Origin: Podarcis tiliguerta
Lineage: Eukaryota
DNA: 64,000 nucleotides
Reading direction: 5' to 3' (one strand)
Assembly: GCA_965153285.1 (NCBI GenBank)
Contig: OZ229117.1
Shown here: piece after piece, positions 25,301 through 36,723 of the stretch
Position numbering within the stretch: position 1 is the first letter of the stretch
Layout: each line of letters starts with the position of its first letter
Notes under the pieces: model-generated
What the model was told of the DNA's origin: nothing
Databases searched by the model: none
What the model saw: the letters and a program-made list of their open reading frames with translations, nothing else
Made by a program: the position numbers and the translations under genes

Positions 25301-28300
25301 TAGGAAACAGCTGCCAGAGTGGACAAAGTGATACTTGTTTTCTTTCCCCTCATCCCACAGCAAAAGCAGGGTGTGTGCCTGAGCCGGGCCTCCAGCACCA
25401 GCCTGACGGTAGAGCATGCTCTGGAGAGTTTCAGCTTCCTCAATGCTTCTGATACAGAAGATTCAGATGATGATGGGTGAGTGAGGCTGGGATAGGTTAC
25501 TAGGGAACTCCGTGTAGGCTGCCAAAAGTTAAAGTGGGCATAAGCGGAACCCCAGCATGTTGGGATTCCGATCTGTATGAGAAGTGGGGACAAAGTAATA
25601 TTCAGTTTTATAGCGAAAAGTGATTGGAGGCTTGCAATGCAAAGGGGCAAAATTAGAAAACCCCTCATCCCAAAATGATGAGGTGTTAACTGAAGAAGGT
25701 GTGGCCTTCCAGTTCCTGCTGAACTACAACTCCATCATCCCAGACCATTGGGTGCGCTGACCAGAGCAGTTTGGTAACAGGAATGCAAGTACCTTTGGAG
25801 GGCCACAGGCTTCCCATTCCTGAACAACAGGAGCCTGCAAGCTTTTAACATTCTTGGCTAGCATGTGCCTGCCCTGGAGCTTCCTCACACTACTGAGGCT
25901 CTACAATTTTGTCCCAGGTGGTTATCCTGGAAGAGCATCTGTCTTACAGGAACAAGGAATTCTGGGGAGGTCACCTTCTTCCTCTGTAGCAGCAAAAACA
26001 ACAAATATACCAAGGCACCTTAAAATACTAACAGGTTTATTATGGCACTAAAGTACACAAAGTGTTTCTCCCACAACACCCCTTTGTTTAACCATCTTTG
26101 ATGAGACGACAAACTGCAAATTCTGGCTATCAAATAACAGCCTTACCGTAGCTTTAATCAGGTTGACCAGCTTCTGTATTCTCTAAAGGGCCCTGTCTTC
26201 TCCAGCTGTGGCCTAAAAGTATATTTTCTCTCACACTCTCCAAATCCATCATGGGCGGTCAAGTCCTCTGATAGCACTGGTGACCCTTAACATGGTAAAA
26301 GCTTCATAGGAGCATTGGAAGGTGCCTCACACAAAGTCAGACCCTTGTTCCAAGTTGCTTTGTATTGTCTTCGCTGATTGGCAGCAGTTCTTCAGGAACC
26401 TCCTGTGTTCAAGTGCACCACAACTGAGCTGCAGCCATTTCCTTCATAATGAACAAACTTCTGTATTCAGGCATAACCAGGAGCATTGTACAGAAAGTCC
26501 AGTGTGGACGTAAAATGGGAATATATTCAGCTTTTTCAAACCTATTCTTTTTTTTTATTATTTGTATGAATATTACTACTACTTTTTTGGAAAAAAACCT
26601 TGATTAAAGGTGGGCCAGATAACACTGATTCATTGGCCTACCAATTGGCAATACTCAGCTTAAGTTAGGATGAAACAGCCTACGGCTGTTGACTCTCCTC
26701 CAGTTTATTTGTGTATCCTCTCCCTGTACCAGAACTTGAAGGGAGCTCAGAGGTCTTTATCTCAGGATAGTTGGTTTTTATAAACAGGCCCCCACAGTTC
26801 AGGGATAGTTTGGATTCTTAGTGGCTCCCTTGTCTGGCTGGGGCTCTGTGTTTGCTCCAGGCTAATGTCTTTGCTTGGCACGCTAAGAGACCCAGATGGA
26901 CTTTTCCCACAGTGCCGATGCAGCTGCCGGAAATGAGCCGGGCCTGACAGGTGAATTCCAGCAGGCTGTGCTGCAACAGTGCCACTCAGCGGCCAGCCCT
27001 GGATATTGCCAGCAGGAATCTGTTCTCTTCCAGCCTCTGTAGGAAAGTAGACCATTGCAAAAAGGGGAGTGTAAATGTCTTGGAGCACAAAGTGGATAAA
27101 AGTGTTCAGGAGTGCTCTGTTGAGACACTGGCAGTTGAAGTTGCAGTGCTCACTTGACTAGATCCGCAACCCAGTTAAGGATATGATAACGGAAGAGGGT
27201 TTAAAATCAATGGATTGATTTGTGTTACTCCATTCAATTTGCATGTTGGGTAAACATTTGTGAGGCAAGAAGTATATGTTCTCATTTTCAGAAAAATCTT
27301 CTGCCAGATTAACGGGGAGACACCTTTTTCAGTTGATTAAAGTTTGTTATATATTTGATTTTGCCAGTTAATCAAGTAGATATCACAGCCCTAATTCAGA
27401 CCTGTTCAGGAGCTTTTTGGTGTCACATGGATGCTGGGACAAGCCAAATCATACTTTCAATGCATTTCAATGTTCAGGGGTTGACAGAGTGAAGAAAGTT
27501 GGGCTTGCAAAGGACTGGATCCCTGCTAATATCTTTCCTGCTGGCTCTTTTCACAGGAAGGCTAGCAGTGCACAGCCTGCACCCCTGGGCAGGGTACCGG
27601 GACCCAGCGAGGCTGTTACTGAAGACACAGCTGGGTGCTTAAGCTCAGAGGGTGGCTCAGAGCCCATGAGCACTGGCAACGAGTTCCTCGACAGGGCCTT
27701 GGTCCTACACCTGAACCATTGCAATCGCTTGCTGCTGGTGAGTTCACAGTGAGGTTTCAGTGAAGAATGGGCTATGTCTTTCATTGTGCAAGATGATTGT
27801 CCTTGCATAAAAATGAAGATCAGGAGGGTTTGCAAGAGCTTTTAAAAAAAACAAAATAAGTAATAAAGCCAAATAAAAATACAATACAAATGCACATTTA
27901 AAAAAGCAGTACTATGAACAGATTTAAAACAAAAAACCACCCAACTTAGCCACCCACAATGAAAACCCTGCAAAGCCATTTGAAGAAACCTAAGAAATAG
28001 GTGCTAGGCAAAAACTTGGGGAAAGCATTGTATGGTTGGGGCCCCACAATGGAAAAAGGCTCTGATAACCAGCCAGCAGGAACACCTGGAGCAAGGCCCT
28101 GTTAGATTAGCTCAGTAGATAGGCAGGTTGATACCAAGGAGGTCCTTCGATAACACTGGTCCCAGGCCTTTTAGGGCTTCCTCATTCAAAACCAAGACTC
28201 TGAAATCTAGATGACGATGATGGACTACAATGCCCATCATTCCTGGCCATTGGCCATGTTGACTTGGGCTGATGGGAGTTGGTGCCCACCAACATCCAGA

Positions 28301-31300
28301 GTTGGTTCCCACCACCAGAGGGAACCTAAGACTTGGCTCTTACCTTGGAACTCCTCCTCCTCCTCCTCGTCTTTTCTGACCATCCTGTCAGTCGGACATC
28401 ACTCAAGTTGTTGAGTCCCAGCTTTGATGCCAGGCCTGCCCTTCTGTGGTGTTCTTGCACATGATACCTAACCAGGGGGGAGTAGCTACTTGTACTGGAG
28501 CCTTACCTTAAAAGGGCTCCCCATATGCCCTGCACAGTATGAGCTGAGATTGACCACCTCCACTAAGAATCTTTCCCACTTGTATCTGATTCCTAGAAAC
28601 TGGGCACTTTTGGGCCCCTCCGCTGCCGGGAAATGTATGCCCTCGACAGGCTGGCAAGGGAAGCACAAGTCCTGGAGATGGTTTGCCGCTTAGCAGAGGA
28701 GCGAGCAGGGACAGCCAGCTCTGCTGAGGAAGGTAAGGAAGAAAGAGGAGAGATGTGGAATGAATCTGGGGTTAGCTACATCAGTGCCGGAATAGGCACT
28801 TATTTGCAGGATACAGTGAGTCAACTGTTACTCTACAAAGGGTGTCTGCAAATATACAACAAAGCATGCAGCCAGGCTGTTTGTCTTTCTTCCATAGGGT
28901 AAGGTTGGCTTCCTGCTGGCTTGTCTTTGTAAGATACATTTATACCTGCAATAGTTGTTTGTTTTTTATATTTAAAAAGTTTTTTAAAGCATTGTGTCTG
29001 CCTTTATTCAATGTAACATTCCCTGAACCCCTTTCTTTAAAAGAACAGTTTTTAAAGAGTTGTAAAACTAAATTGAGAATGGGGGAGGGAGGAGATGTTG
29101 ACCTTACAGCTGCTAGCCAATCAGAGTTGTGCACAGCCACTTTCTGCAGACCTTTGCAATTTGAGCTCATCGTGCAAAAGAATGGGTACAGCTGACCATA
29201 AATATGGTGAGTGTACTTTTAGAGCATTGCTGACTGCTGTTTTCAATGTAAATTTGTATAGGATACTTTGCAGGGGAGGGAAAGAGAGACATTTGTGGAG
29301 CTTCTAAGAGTAAGACTGGTTCGGGGGGGGGGGGGAATGTTCCTCCTGGTGTTATTATCATAACCAGAGGTCTAAGCTGTCTATGTCGTCTTTTTCTCCT
29401 CTCAGTGGTAGAGTTTTCTTCATGGAAGGAGGGAGTATTGCCCTTCTGGGACAACTGTGTGGTCATGCCTAATCTATACACCTGCCCTGTAGAAAAATTC
29501 CTGCAGACACTCAATTCCCAGTATGCGGCACGAATCAACGAACGCCAGCAAGGCCTGGCAGATCCAGGTGGGTGTGACTTTGGACACAGGACAGTACTTA
29601 CTATATGCTTTACTTCTCTCTCCACTGCCCCCAATTTCATCTTACGATCTGCAGTCTTTTTTATATTCTTTGCAATTCAAGCATGAACCTGCACATTGTG
29701 CACATCTATGCTTTAGCTAGTGATGTGGGATGGGCAAGGGGCTGATACCTTGACTGCTAGAAGTCCTCCTCAGTCCCACTCCAGCTTTGATATTCCATAG
29801 TATCATACAGTTGGAAGGTACCTTGGAAGCTATTTAATCCAACCCGAGTTTACCACCTCATAAGGCAAATTGTTCCACTGTTGCAATGTTTACTTTTAGG
29901 AGGTTTCTCCTAGCACTTAGCTTAAATGTGTTTCCTTGCAATTTCCACCCATTAGTACTTGTCTTGCTCTCTGGAGCAACAGAAAACAAGGCTGTTCCAC
30001 CTTCTCTGTCACAGCCCTTCAGATATTTGAAGACAGCTATCACATCTTCCCTTAAGCACACCTGTGTCTTTCAGGCATTCCTCATTCCACTTGGTTCCCA
30101 GCTTTATGTTCCAGCAGGCATGGCTCATATTTCATGTTGTCAGGGGTCCAGATGCTTGGGATTTTTTAATGAATGAATCTGGGGGTTCCCCGAGTGCTGA
30201 ATTCTGGGCCAAATATCCATTCCTATGCTTGTGCCGTATGCTTCTTTTATGAGGAAGGTGAGTATGGTTAGAGGACAAGGGTCGTTTGTGATGCCCTAAA
30301 ATTCACTTTCATAAAGGAATGACTCCTAGGGAACCTTTGAGCTGTTCTTTGCCTTAGACTTAGTTCAGCATTTTTTGTATCGAGATATGTTAAAGACTGA
30401 TTGTACTCCAAATAACAGTATAACTGGCCCATGATTTGTTGGAGTTGACTATGATTGAACTGTTGAGGGTGGTGGCAAAATGAGTGTAACTCAGAATGAA
30501 CTCCTCAAAGCTTTATTCATATCCAAAGAGTGAACCCACCCCTGAGCTTGTTCCCAGGGACTGTTCCCAAGTCCCTACCATACTCCAGGCCCATTCAGAA
30601 GCCTGGGTGTAGTTGCAAGACCCTTGTCATATGATTGGTACATCTACCAAGTATTTGGGAGCCACCTTGACAGTGTTTTTCCCCCTGCCACAGTGTGTGT
30701 GAAGCTGGTGGAGGAGTTTCTGCAACGCAGACTGCCCAGGCGCCAGGGGAGCTGCCAGGCTGAGCAGATCACTGTTTTCCAATACTGGAGCCACTTTGAG
30801 GCTCTGCCTGTCTTGACGCTGGACTCTTACATCATGGAGTTGGCGGAGGAAGGTATGTTGTGTGACTTGTGAAGATTCATGGAGGGTTCCCACATGCATG
30901 TTGTGATGCCAGATAGCAGCAACATCAAGTGAAGACTTGCACATGTGACCATACCTCTTGGCTCACATGCTACTTAAAGGGTTTGATCATCACCCTGCCC
31001 ATCACAAGGGCATTTTTTAGGGGAGGCTATTCCTTCTACCTATTAGAGGCATTTTTTAGGAAAGGCTATTCCTTCTACCTATTAGAAGCCACGTAAAGGG
31101 ATTCTTACTAAATTTCTTCTTAAGTGACTCAGGAGTTAATGCCATTCGCTGGCATTGTAATTCCTGCTTGTAGTTCAAGCAGATGCAACTTGCATTTATT
31201 GGAAATGTCGCAAATTATGGAATACTTGAAGTTAGCAATGACCAGCGTACAAGATGACTGGATATATGTATATCACCATCCATAATATTGTGCTATGTTA

Positions 31301-34300
31301 AATCATTAATATTAGCAGAGGATGGAGAAATGATACTGTACATGTTATTGCTGCAGTTAGAACGACTGTTAGTCAAAACTGGAAAAAATAAAGGTTCCAT
31401 GAATTATAGATTGACTATTATAAATTTGGGTTATAATGTATATGCATGATGGGAGTAATTTTAAAATGCTGTAATGATTTATATATTTGTTTTATGCATT
31501 TTTTTACTCGTTAATTTTGGATTGCTTAAATTTAAAAATTTCAGGGTTGTAGCCAACCAGCTTTCCCTCAAGAGTAGACCCAGAGGTCTATCTATTTCAG
31601 TGAGTCTAAGTGGCACTAACAGTGGATACAATAACCCTTTGTGTCTGGTCTTCAGCTTTCCCAGATGTATTCCTGAAAAGGAGTATGTAAATGAACTTCA
31701 TAAATAAATAATGATGTAGCTAACCATGGAGCTGGTTCTGCCTTCACACTGTAGTGCTGCTAGCACAGAACCTGAATTCTGATGACCAAGACGTGGTCCT
31801 GAAGGCCCTGAAGCGCGTTCCTGAGAGCCGGCTTCGTAAGGATGGGCTGAAAGCCTTAAGCCTGCTTCTTGTGGAAGGAAACAGCAAGGTTGTCGGGGCC
31901 GTGTCAGCACAGTTGCGCAACCTGTCGGAGAACCCTGGCTTCCGGGAACGGGTAAATATCTACTGTGCTGGTACTATTGTTGGGAGGGGATTTATTGATC
32001 AGGAGATTAGCCTGGTTTCAAGTGCAGCTACACTAAAGGTAAAGGGTAAAGGGACCCCTGACCATTAGGTCCAGTCGTGACCGACTCTGGGGCTGCGGCG
32101 CTCATCTCGCTTTATTGGCCAAGGGAGCCGGCGTAAAGCTTCCAGGTCATGTGGCCAGCATGACTAAGCCGCTTCTGGCGAGCCAGAGCAGTACACGGAA
32201 ACGCTGTTTACCTTTCCGATGGAGCAGTACCTATTTATCTACTTGCACTTTGACGTGCTTTTGAACTGCTAGGTTGGCAGGAGCAGGGACTGAGCAACGG
32301 GAGCTCACCCCGTCACGGGGATTCGACCCGCCGACCTTCTGATTGGCAAGTCCTAGGCTCTGTAGTTTAACCCACAGCGCCACCCGCGTACACTACAGAT
32401 TGCTAAAGCATGTTGGAAGCAGTTAAACTTTCTTGATTCCTCCTGAATAATTCTGGGAGTTGCAGTTTCATGAAGTAGCTGAGAGTGCCTTATTAGTCAT
32501 TGGTTGTTGATTTCTTAGTTGGGTGTTTTGTTTGTTGCCACCCATCTGTCTCAAGAAACAAAAGGTGTGTGGTGTACAGAAAGGGGGCACAAGCAGGCTG
32601 ACTGACGTGTCTTTCCCAGGCCCTGGTCTGTTACCTTGAGCAGCTGGAGGATGAAGAGGTGCAAACACGGATTGCAGCCTGCGCAGCTCTGGGCTGCCTT
32701 AAGGTGAGGGCTAGATAGAAGCTTTTCTCAAAGGTCTGCTTTTAATATATTTACTAACTGATATCCAGGAGTTTTCTGGATGTATCTCACCCTCTGTACC
32801 TGATCATTTAAAACAAGACTTTGTTGTATGGAAGGAAGGGAAGCCTTCTTGGTGATTGCACACCACAAGGTTTGGTTGAGCAACTGTCTGGGCTGCAGTG
32901 GGCTTCAATATCCAGTATTTGTGTATTGGTCCTCCACCTTATTTGTAGCTTTGGGTTTTGGGGTTCCCTTTAGAGAAGGAGCTAAAACTTGATAACATCA
33001 GCTTCTTTTACATTTTCCTCCAATAGGCCAAGGAGAGTATTGAGCAGCTGGTGTACTTGTGCCAAACGGACAAGGAGGCCGTACGAGAGGCAGCCAAACA
33101 GAGCCTAATGCTGTGTGGTGAGTGCCTTCCCTTCCCTTGTTTTCAGACATAGTTCTCTCCCGTCTCACCTGGGCAGGCGGCTCCCTTTATGACAGTGGTT
33201 GACAACCATCAAGGGGGACATTCTCTCAGGGGAATCCATTGGGGCTAAAGTCAGCAGTGTGCAGGGCCAGAGCCTGAGGTGGGTGGGGCTACCTTTTTCA
33301 TTCTTTCTCCCTCCCCCCCCCCTTGCTACTCAACAGGCCATTCAGAAAGAGACAGATCACTTCTTCCAAAAATTTAAACCAGTAGGTTGCAGAGGGCTTT
33401 GGAAACCAGGCTAAAGGCTATAGGCAGCCCACCCTGCCGGTTGTCCACTCCTGCCTTGTGGCTTGTTGAGGGGTGGGGTCTGGCTCCATGTGGTGCTCAC
33501 TCTATACTAGATGGCTAGGCAGAACTCCTAGCTTGTTTGGCCATAGATTTATGCTCTTAAATACCCCATACCTATTCCTTGCTAGTGTTCACAGCATAGG
33601 ACAGAGGACCCTCTTGGCCCTACATTGCTGCTCACTTAGTGAGAGTTGATATGGAACATTGAGAGTGGAAAGCACTAAGCAGTTGTTGTTTATCATTTTG
33701 TTAGATGGCACTGAGAGAACCATCTGATTGGCTAACTAGACTTCCGGGTCATGACAGCAGCTGCACAGGTCGGGATGTGTTGGCCAGTCCGTTCTTCCCC
33801 CTTCCCCCTGTGCTGCATGCTTTATTGGTGTCTCTTGTCCTGGACCCTGTTGGTCTTTATCTTGTCAGGTCTTTTGTCTCAGCTCACTCCTCCTAGTGCG
33901 CTTGTGTTCTGGCTGTGTCTTTGTCACTGTTGCAAAGGGAATGGCACACCTGTTGAGGGGCTATGATCCAGATTACATAGGAAGTTGCCTTCTGCCAGGT
34001 CAGACTGCTTGTCCATCTTGCCCTAAGCCTCAGTGGCTCTCCCGTATCTGGCTGTGGTTTTCCCATCACTTACTTGTTGATCTTTCCACTAGAGATGCCA
34101 AGCACTCACCCCTGGGATCTTCTGCATGCAAAGCAAGTTCCACTTTCCTACCCAGACAGGCCTTTTAGATCAGGGGCTTGGCACTAACAAGAAGCGTGTA
34201 GTTCATCTCTTCCAAATGAAACCTGCCTTCCCAGCTAAAGGTGTCTTGTTTTTAAGAAGCTCGAAACACCTGGAAGATGAAGGGCTTCTCAAAGGTGCAC

Positions 34301-35815
34301 TATTAAGTCTCCTCCTGCATTCCATTAGTGATGGGCGACTAGCTTCTGAGAGCTGAAAGGGGTAGAACTATAAGGTTAGGGTGATGGCCTGTTGATGTCT
34401 ATGTTGTCAGGAATGACAACATTCTTGTCGTAGGGCATATGTCTTTGAATTGCACCCTGGGGTTTTCTGCTACCAATGGTGGGTGAAAAGGCCTCTTGCC
34501 CCCATTCCTGCATTAGCCAGTTACAAGGCCAAGCACACCCTTCACTGAGCAGGACATCCTTCACAGCAGCTCTCTTGAGAGCTTCTGCCTACACCCTTGG
34601 CTTCCCCTACTGTTCATATGCTGCAACTGCAGGCCCCAGATTGGGAACATAAGTTTCAGGGGGAAGCTTGAACACACACCAACCGTTATCACTAGAAACT
34701 AGGAGCCCAGGAATCAGCACTGGCACAGAGCTGGTTGTATTTGTTATGGAGTGGGGTGAGATCCACAGTATCTGGCATGGCACCCTGTAAATTTTCTAAA
34801 ATGGAATGAAATCTGGACAATAGTTTTTAATAATTTAAAAGGTTTTTTTGTGGGGGTTACACCACCCATTTCACAGACCCACTAGCAGACCATCAAAGTG
34901 CAGCAGGAGGGGATTGTCAGCAGTTGCAATGCCACAAAAACTGTGTCGATCCAGGTGCCTGAATGGGGGGACCTGTTGCAATCAGGTCCTGCTTGTGGAG
35001 CTTCTCGTGGGCATCTGGGTGGCCACTGTAAAAACAAGATACTGAGCTAGACGAGTCATTGACCTGATCTAGCAGGCTCTTCTTATGTTCCCTGAAAGTT
35101 CTGCTTAAAGCAGCATGCCTGTTGCGGAGGGTATTTATTTACAAGTTCTAAAGTACTGCAAGCAAGCAAAGATCAGCACAGGTACAAAATGAAGGGCAAA
35201 TTCAAATAGAATAGTGCAGTCATGCGCCAGTTTGAACATGCAGAGGAAGCAGGACAATTGTTAAATGACTCTGACTCAGGACAGAAAAGGGCACCTGGAA
35301 ACCAACGGGGTTCAAAAGGTACTAAATGAGCTCTTCAGATGTATCAACTGACCATTCCTACAAGGGTAAATTCTTGTCAGTAATCATATAGCCTCATCAG
35401 TCTTCATTGTTTGGTTGGGGAATTGGGTTCACATTCAAGAAAATATGAATGGACCATCATCAGCAAACAATATTGACCATACATTAATTTTGGAAGTGTA
35501 GTCTTATAAGTGTAGCCACACAGCTGGTTGGATCACCCTTAGGCAGCCAAGCAATGAAGTTTTATGAAATTGGGTGGGGGAGGGAATCACCCATTTTCAG
35601 GCCAGTGTGTTGCCAAGGAAGATTGCAGGGAAATTTTATGGTCTGACTTTGTAGACATGTGCAAGGCTGGGGCAAACCATATCCTAAATAACAGCTGATT
35701 GCTTTATCTGCTTGCAGGAGAAGATGGGAAATCTGCTCACCGACGTCTTGAAGAGTCTCTTGACAGTTTGCCCCGAATCTTTGCCCCGGGGAGCATGGCC
35801 AGCACTGCGTTCTGA
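10106..35815 (+). CDS. RIPOR1: RHO family interacting cell polarization regulator 1 (FAM65A), spliced CDS span; 21 core coding exons, 3003 nt, 1000 aa (1048 aa with cassette exon 21553-21696)
   Basis: Exons joined at GT-AG sites with consistent phases give [10 protein letters not shown]...RSQSFAGV...[17 protein letters not shown]...[44 protein letters not shown]...[15 protein letters not shown], recognisable RIPOR1; it lies directly upstream of CTCF as in mammals. Confidence 0.95.
10695..10990 (-). mobile_element. L2-like LINE 3' remnant (similar remnants at ~6050-6350, ~7385-7620, ~27850-28200)
   Basis: (TTTA/TTTG)n head, A-rich body, GTTCCACAGG.TGGGG.CC.C motif; boundaries approximate. Confidence 0.45.
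13431..13823. mobile_element. Old hAT-Charlie-like MITE (related remnants at ~7140-7265, ~8670-9010, ~54840-54930)
   Basis: Degenerate ends TAGGG...GCCTGTGGGCCAAATTTG / GATCTGGCCCAC...GTTCCTTACCCCTA; boundaries approximate. Confidence 0.45.
14377..14529 (+). CDS. RIPOR1: RIPOR1 coding exon 2 (NFPAFSTPT...[18 protein letters not shown])
   Basis: TTTTAG acceptor, GTGAGT donor, phase 2-2; 3' part of ORF 14024..14533. Confidence 0.92.
15295..15373 (+). CDS. RIPOR1: RIPOR1 coding exon 3 ([26 protein letters not shown])
   Basis: CTAACAG acceptor, GTGAGT donor. Confidence 0.92.
15992..16015 (+). CDS. RIPOR1: RIPOR1 coding exon 4, 24-nt microexon (GFLYDLDK)
   Basis: Long pyrimidine tract+TAG, AAG|GTAAGA donor; conserved RIPOR-family peptide. 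Confidence 0.9.
17167..17527 (-). mobile_element. Full-length Sauria SINE (Squam1/POM-type) with 14-bp TSD
   Basis: Minus strand begins GGGACGCGGGTGGCGCTGTGG (tRNA-like A box), B box GGTTCGAATCC, (ACCTTT)n tail; ATGAAGTTTCATAG duplicated at 17153-17166 and 17528-17541. Confidence 0.92.
18395..18448 (+). CDS. RIPOR1: RIPOR1 coding exon 5 ([18 protein letters not shown])
   Basis: TTCACAG acceptor, AAG|GTACCA donor. Confidence 0.92.
19039..19191 (+). CDS. RIPOR1: RIPOR1 coding exon 6 ([25 protein letters not shown]...KEYTE)
   Basis: CTAACAG acceptor, GTGAGT donor; coiled-coil Rho-binding region. Confidence 0.93.
19303..19366 (+). CDS. RIPOR1: RIPOR1 coding exon 7 ([21 protein letters not shown])
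   Basis: CTTCCAG acceptor, AAG|GTACAG donor. Confidence 0.92.
19649..19692 (+). CDS. RIPOR1: RIPOR1 coding exon 8 ([15 protein letters not shown])
   Basis: TTGCAG acceptor, GAG|GTTTGT donor. Confidence 0.92.
19903..20028 (+). CDS. RIPOR1: RIPOR1 coding exon 9 ([17 protein letters not shown]...FLSIK)
   Basis: GGCAG acceptor, AAG|GTATCT donor. Confidence 0.93.
20124..20272 (+). CDS. RIPOR1: RIPOR1 coding exon 10 ([24 protein letters not shown]...[16 protein letters not shown])
   Basis: CCCAG acceptor, GTGAGT donor; translated by hand. Confidence 0.92.
20661..20790 (+). CDS. RIPOR1: RIPOR1 coding exon 11 ([12 protein letters not shown]...[14 protein letters not shown])
   Basis: CACCAG acceptor, GTGAGT donor; translated by hand. 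Confidence 0.92.
21185..21412 (-). mobile_element. MIR/CORE-like SINE (other copies at ~5270-5475, ~39865-40035, ~51545-51660)
   Basis: CCCCACAAGAACCCTGTGAGG..ATTAGGCTGAGAG...CCCAAGGTCACCCAG...GGATTGGAACCCAGG core; reverse complement at 39865-40035. Confidence 0.65.
21553..21696 (+). CDS. RIPOR1: Candidate RIPOR1 alternative cassette exon, 48 aa ([48 protein letters not shown])
   Basis: CTGAC branch point, pyrimidine tract and AAG acceptor; GTAAGT donor; 144 nt, phase 0-0, no stop, CpG-retaining; resembles the RIPOR2 exon at the equivalent position (recalled). Confidence 0.7.
22269..22308 (+). repeat. (GT)n microsatellite
   Basis: About 20 GT units. Confidence 0.95.
22310..22496 (+). mobile_element. 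tRNA-derived SINE with CR1-like tail (other copies ~12590-12785+, ~33975-34150-, ~46350-46545-, ~61610-61830+)
   Basis: A box TAGCTCAGTGG, B-box-like TTCAATTCC, 3' GAGCTAGATGGAC...GGCTTCCCGTGTTCCT. Confidence 0.65.
23526..24227 (+). CDS. RIPOR1: RIPOR1 large central exon ([12 protein letters not shown]...[26 protein letters not shown])
   Basis: TTTCCAG acceptor, GTGAGT donor; within ORF 23445..24245. Confidence 0.93.
25361..25476 (+). CDS. RIPOR1: RIPOR1 coding exon ([28 protein letters not shown]...)
   Basis: CCCACAG acceptor, GTGAGT donor; [13 protein letters not shown] motif. Confidence 0.92.
27557..27737 (+). CDS. RIPOR1: RIPOR1 coding exon (KASSAQP...EAVTEDT...[24 protein letters not shown])
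   Basis: TTCACAG acceptor, GTGAGT donor, phase 2-0. Confidence 0.88.
28597..28732 (+). CDS. RIPOR1: RIPOR1 coding exon ([19 protein letters not shown]...SSAEE)
   Basis: CCTAG acceptor, GTAAGG donor. Confidence 0.92.
29406..29567 (+). CDS. RIPOR1: RIPOR1 coding exon ([16 protein letters not shown]...QGLADP)
   Basis: CTCAG acceptor, CAG|GTGGGT donor. Confidence 0.92.
29795..30065 (-). mobile_element. CR1 LINE 3' fragment
   Basis: Minus ORF 29858..30061 [14 protein letters not shown]...LFSVAP...NGWKL matches the CR1 ORF2 C-terminus; CR1-type 3' end GGGTTGGAT...CCTTCCAAC. Confidence 0.8.
30694..30852 (+). CDS. RIPOR1: RIPOR1 coding exon ([10 protein letters not shown]...TVFQYWSHF...ELAEE)
   Basis: CCACAG acceptor, GTATGT donor. 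Confidence 0.92.
31009..31086 (+). repeat. Tandem duplication of a 39-bp unit
   Basis: GGCATTTTTTAGG(GG/AA)AGGCTATTCCTTCTACCTATTAGA x2. Confidence 0.9.
31755..31951 (+). CDS. RIPOR1: RIPOR1 coding exon ([20 protein letters not shown]...GFRER), ARM/HEAT-like region
   Basis: CTGTAG acceptor, GTAAAT donor. Confidence 0.92.
32036..32388 (-). mobile_element. Sauria SINE (Squam1/POM-type) with 7-bp TSD
   Basis: Homologous to the 17167 copy; (ACCTTT)n-type tail; TACACTA on both sides (32029-32035, 32389-32395). Confidence 0.92.
32620..32703 (+). CDS. RIPOR1: RIPOR1 coding exon ([28 protein letters not shown])
   Basis: CTGAC branch point, CCCAG acceptor, GTGAGG donor. Confidence 0.92.
33027..33117 (+). 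CDS. RIPOR1: RIPOR1 coding exon ([30 protein letters not shown])
   Basis: AATAG acceptor, GTGAGT donor. Confidence 0.92.
35718..35815 (+). CDS. RIPOR1: RIPOR1 last coding exon ([32 protein letters not shown])
   Basis: TTGCAG acceptor; TGA at 35813-35815; C-terminal STAF typical of RIPOR1. Confidence 0.93.
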
Positions 35816-36717
35816 AGGGTGCCACACAAAACTGACCAGCCAGATCCTTTTGGGACCCAGACTTTGCATGCCACAGAACTTCAACCAAGTCACACAGACT
35901 GGGGTCAGACTAGTGTGCCATAGACTGGGCAGCTCTTTGCCCCTAAGCGCATGCACACACTGCAGTATTAGCATCACCCACACGCTGTCTTATGTGGAGG
36001 ATGCCTTTTCCTAGCCCCAGTGGCTGCTTCACTCATGGAACTAACATGAGTACAAGACACTGAGAGATTCGCTTGTTTTTTTTCCTACAGGAGCCCACAG
36101 GGCTGAGGGATTGAGTATGGCTCTCTGCCATTTGCCAGGATCAATATGCCACATTTTGGAGAAAAACAACAGCTGAACATTATGGCCATGGCAGAAAGTC
36201 TCAGTTGCTAAAGCCATCTCCCATTTGAGACAAACTTGGAAGAATTTTTGTGTGTTCTTGAAGTCCCACTTAGCATTCAACTTGTTCTTAGCTTGCCCAT
36301 GTCCTCCACCCTTTGGGGCTGTGAATACTGCAGGAAATTGGGACCAGGTATATTCTGCTACTGAGGAGCTGCAAACTCTTCTCTCGGTTCTGAGAGGTGG
36401 GGGGGGGGGGGGAGAAAATGCACAATGATTACAGGAGGGAGTTTCCCACCTCCCAGTGGAGGAGGAAGAAAGGACAGATTGTTTTTAACAGTGGTGCTGT
36501 GGCAGATGGAAGCAACATGGATAGACAAACGCTGCCACTTCTTTGGCTATTTTATTATTTTTATTTACACATTTTTTTTGGGGGGGGGAGGTTGCAGACA
36601 AAAGCAAAAAGTCTTTTCTATAAAATCTCTATAATTTTATCTGTATATCTACATAGATATATAAATATATATAATGTAATTATCAAGAGGTTTGGCTAAT
36701 TTTGACTTTAAGCCTGA

Positions 36718-36723
36718 AATAAA
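36718..36723 (+). terminator. RIPOR1 polyadenylation signal (3'UTR ~35816-36745)
   Basis: AATAAA after an AT-rich UTR block, followed by GT-rich downstream sequence. Confidence 0.7.

Noticed and set aside
31185-31530. AT-rich stretch resembling an old L1 3' end
   Set aside because: Too degenerate to assign boundaries or family by eye.
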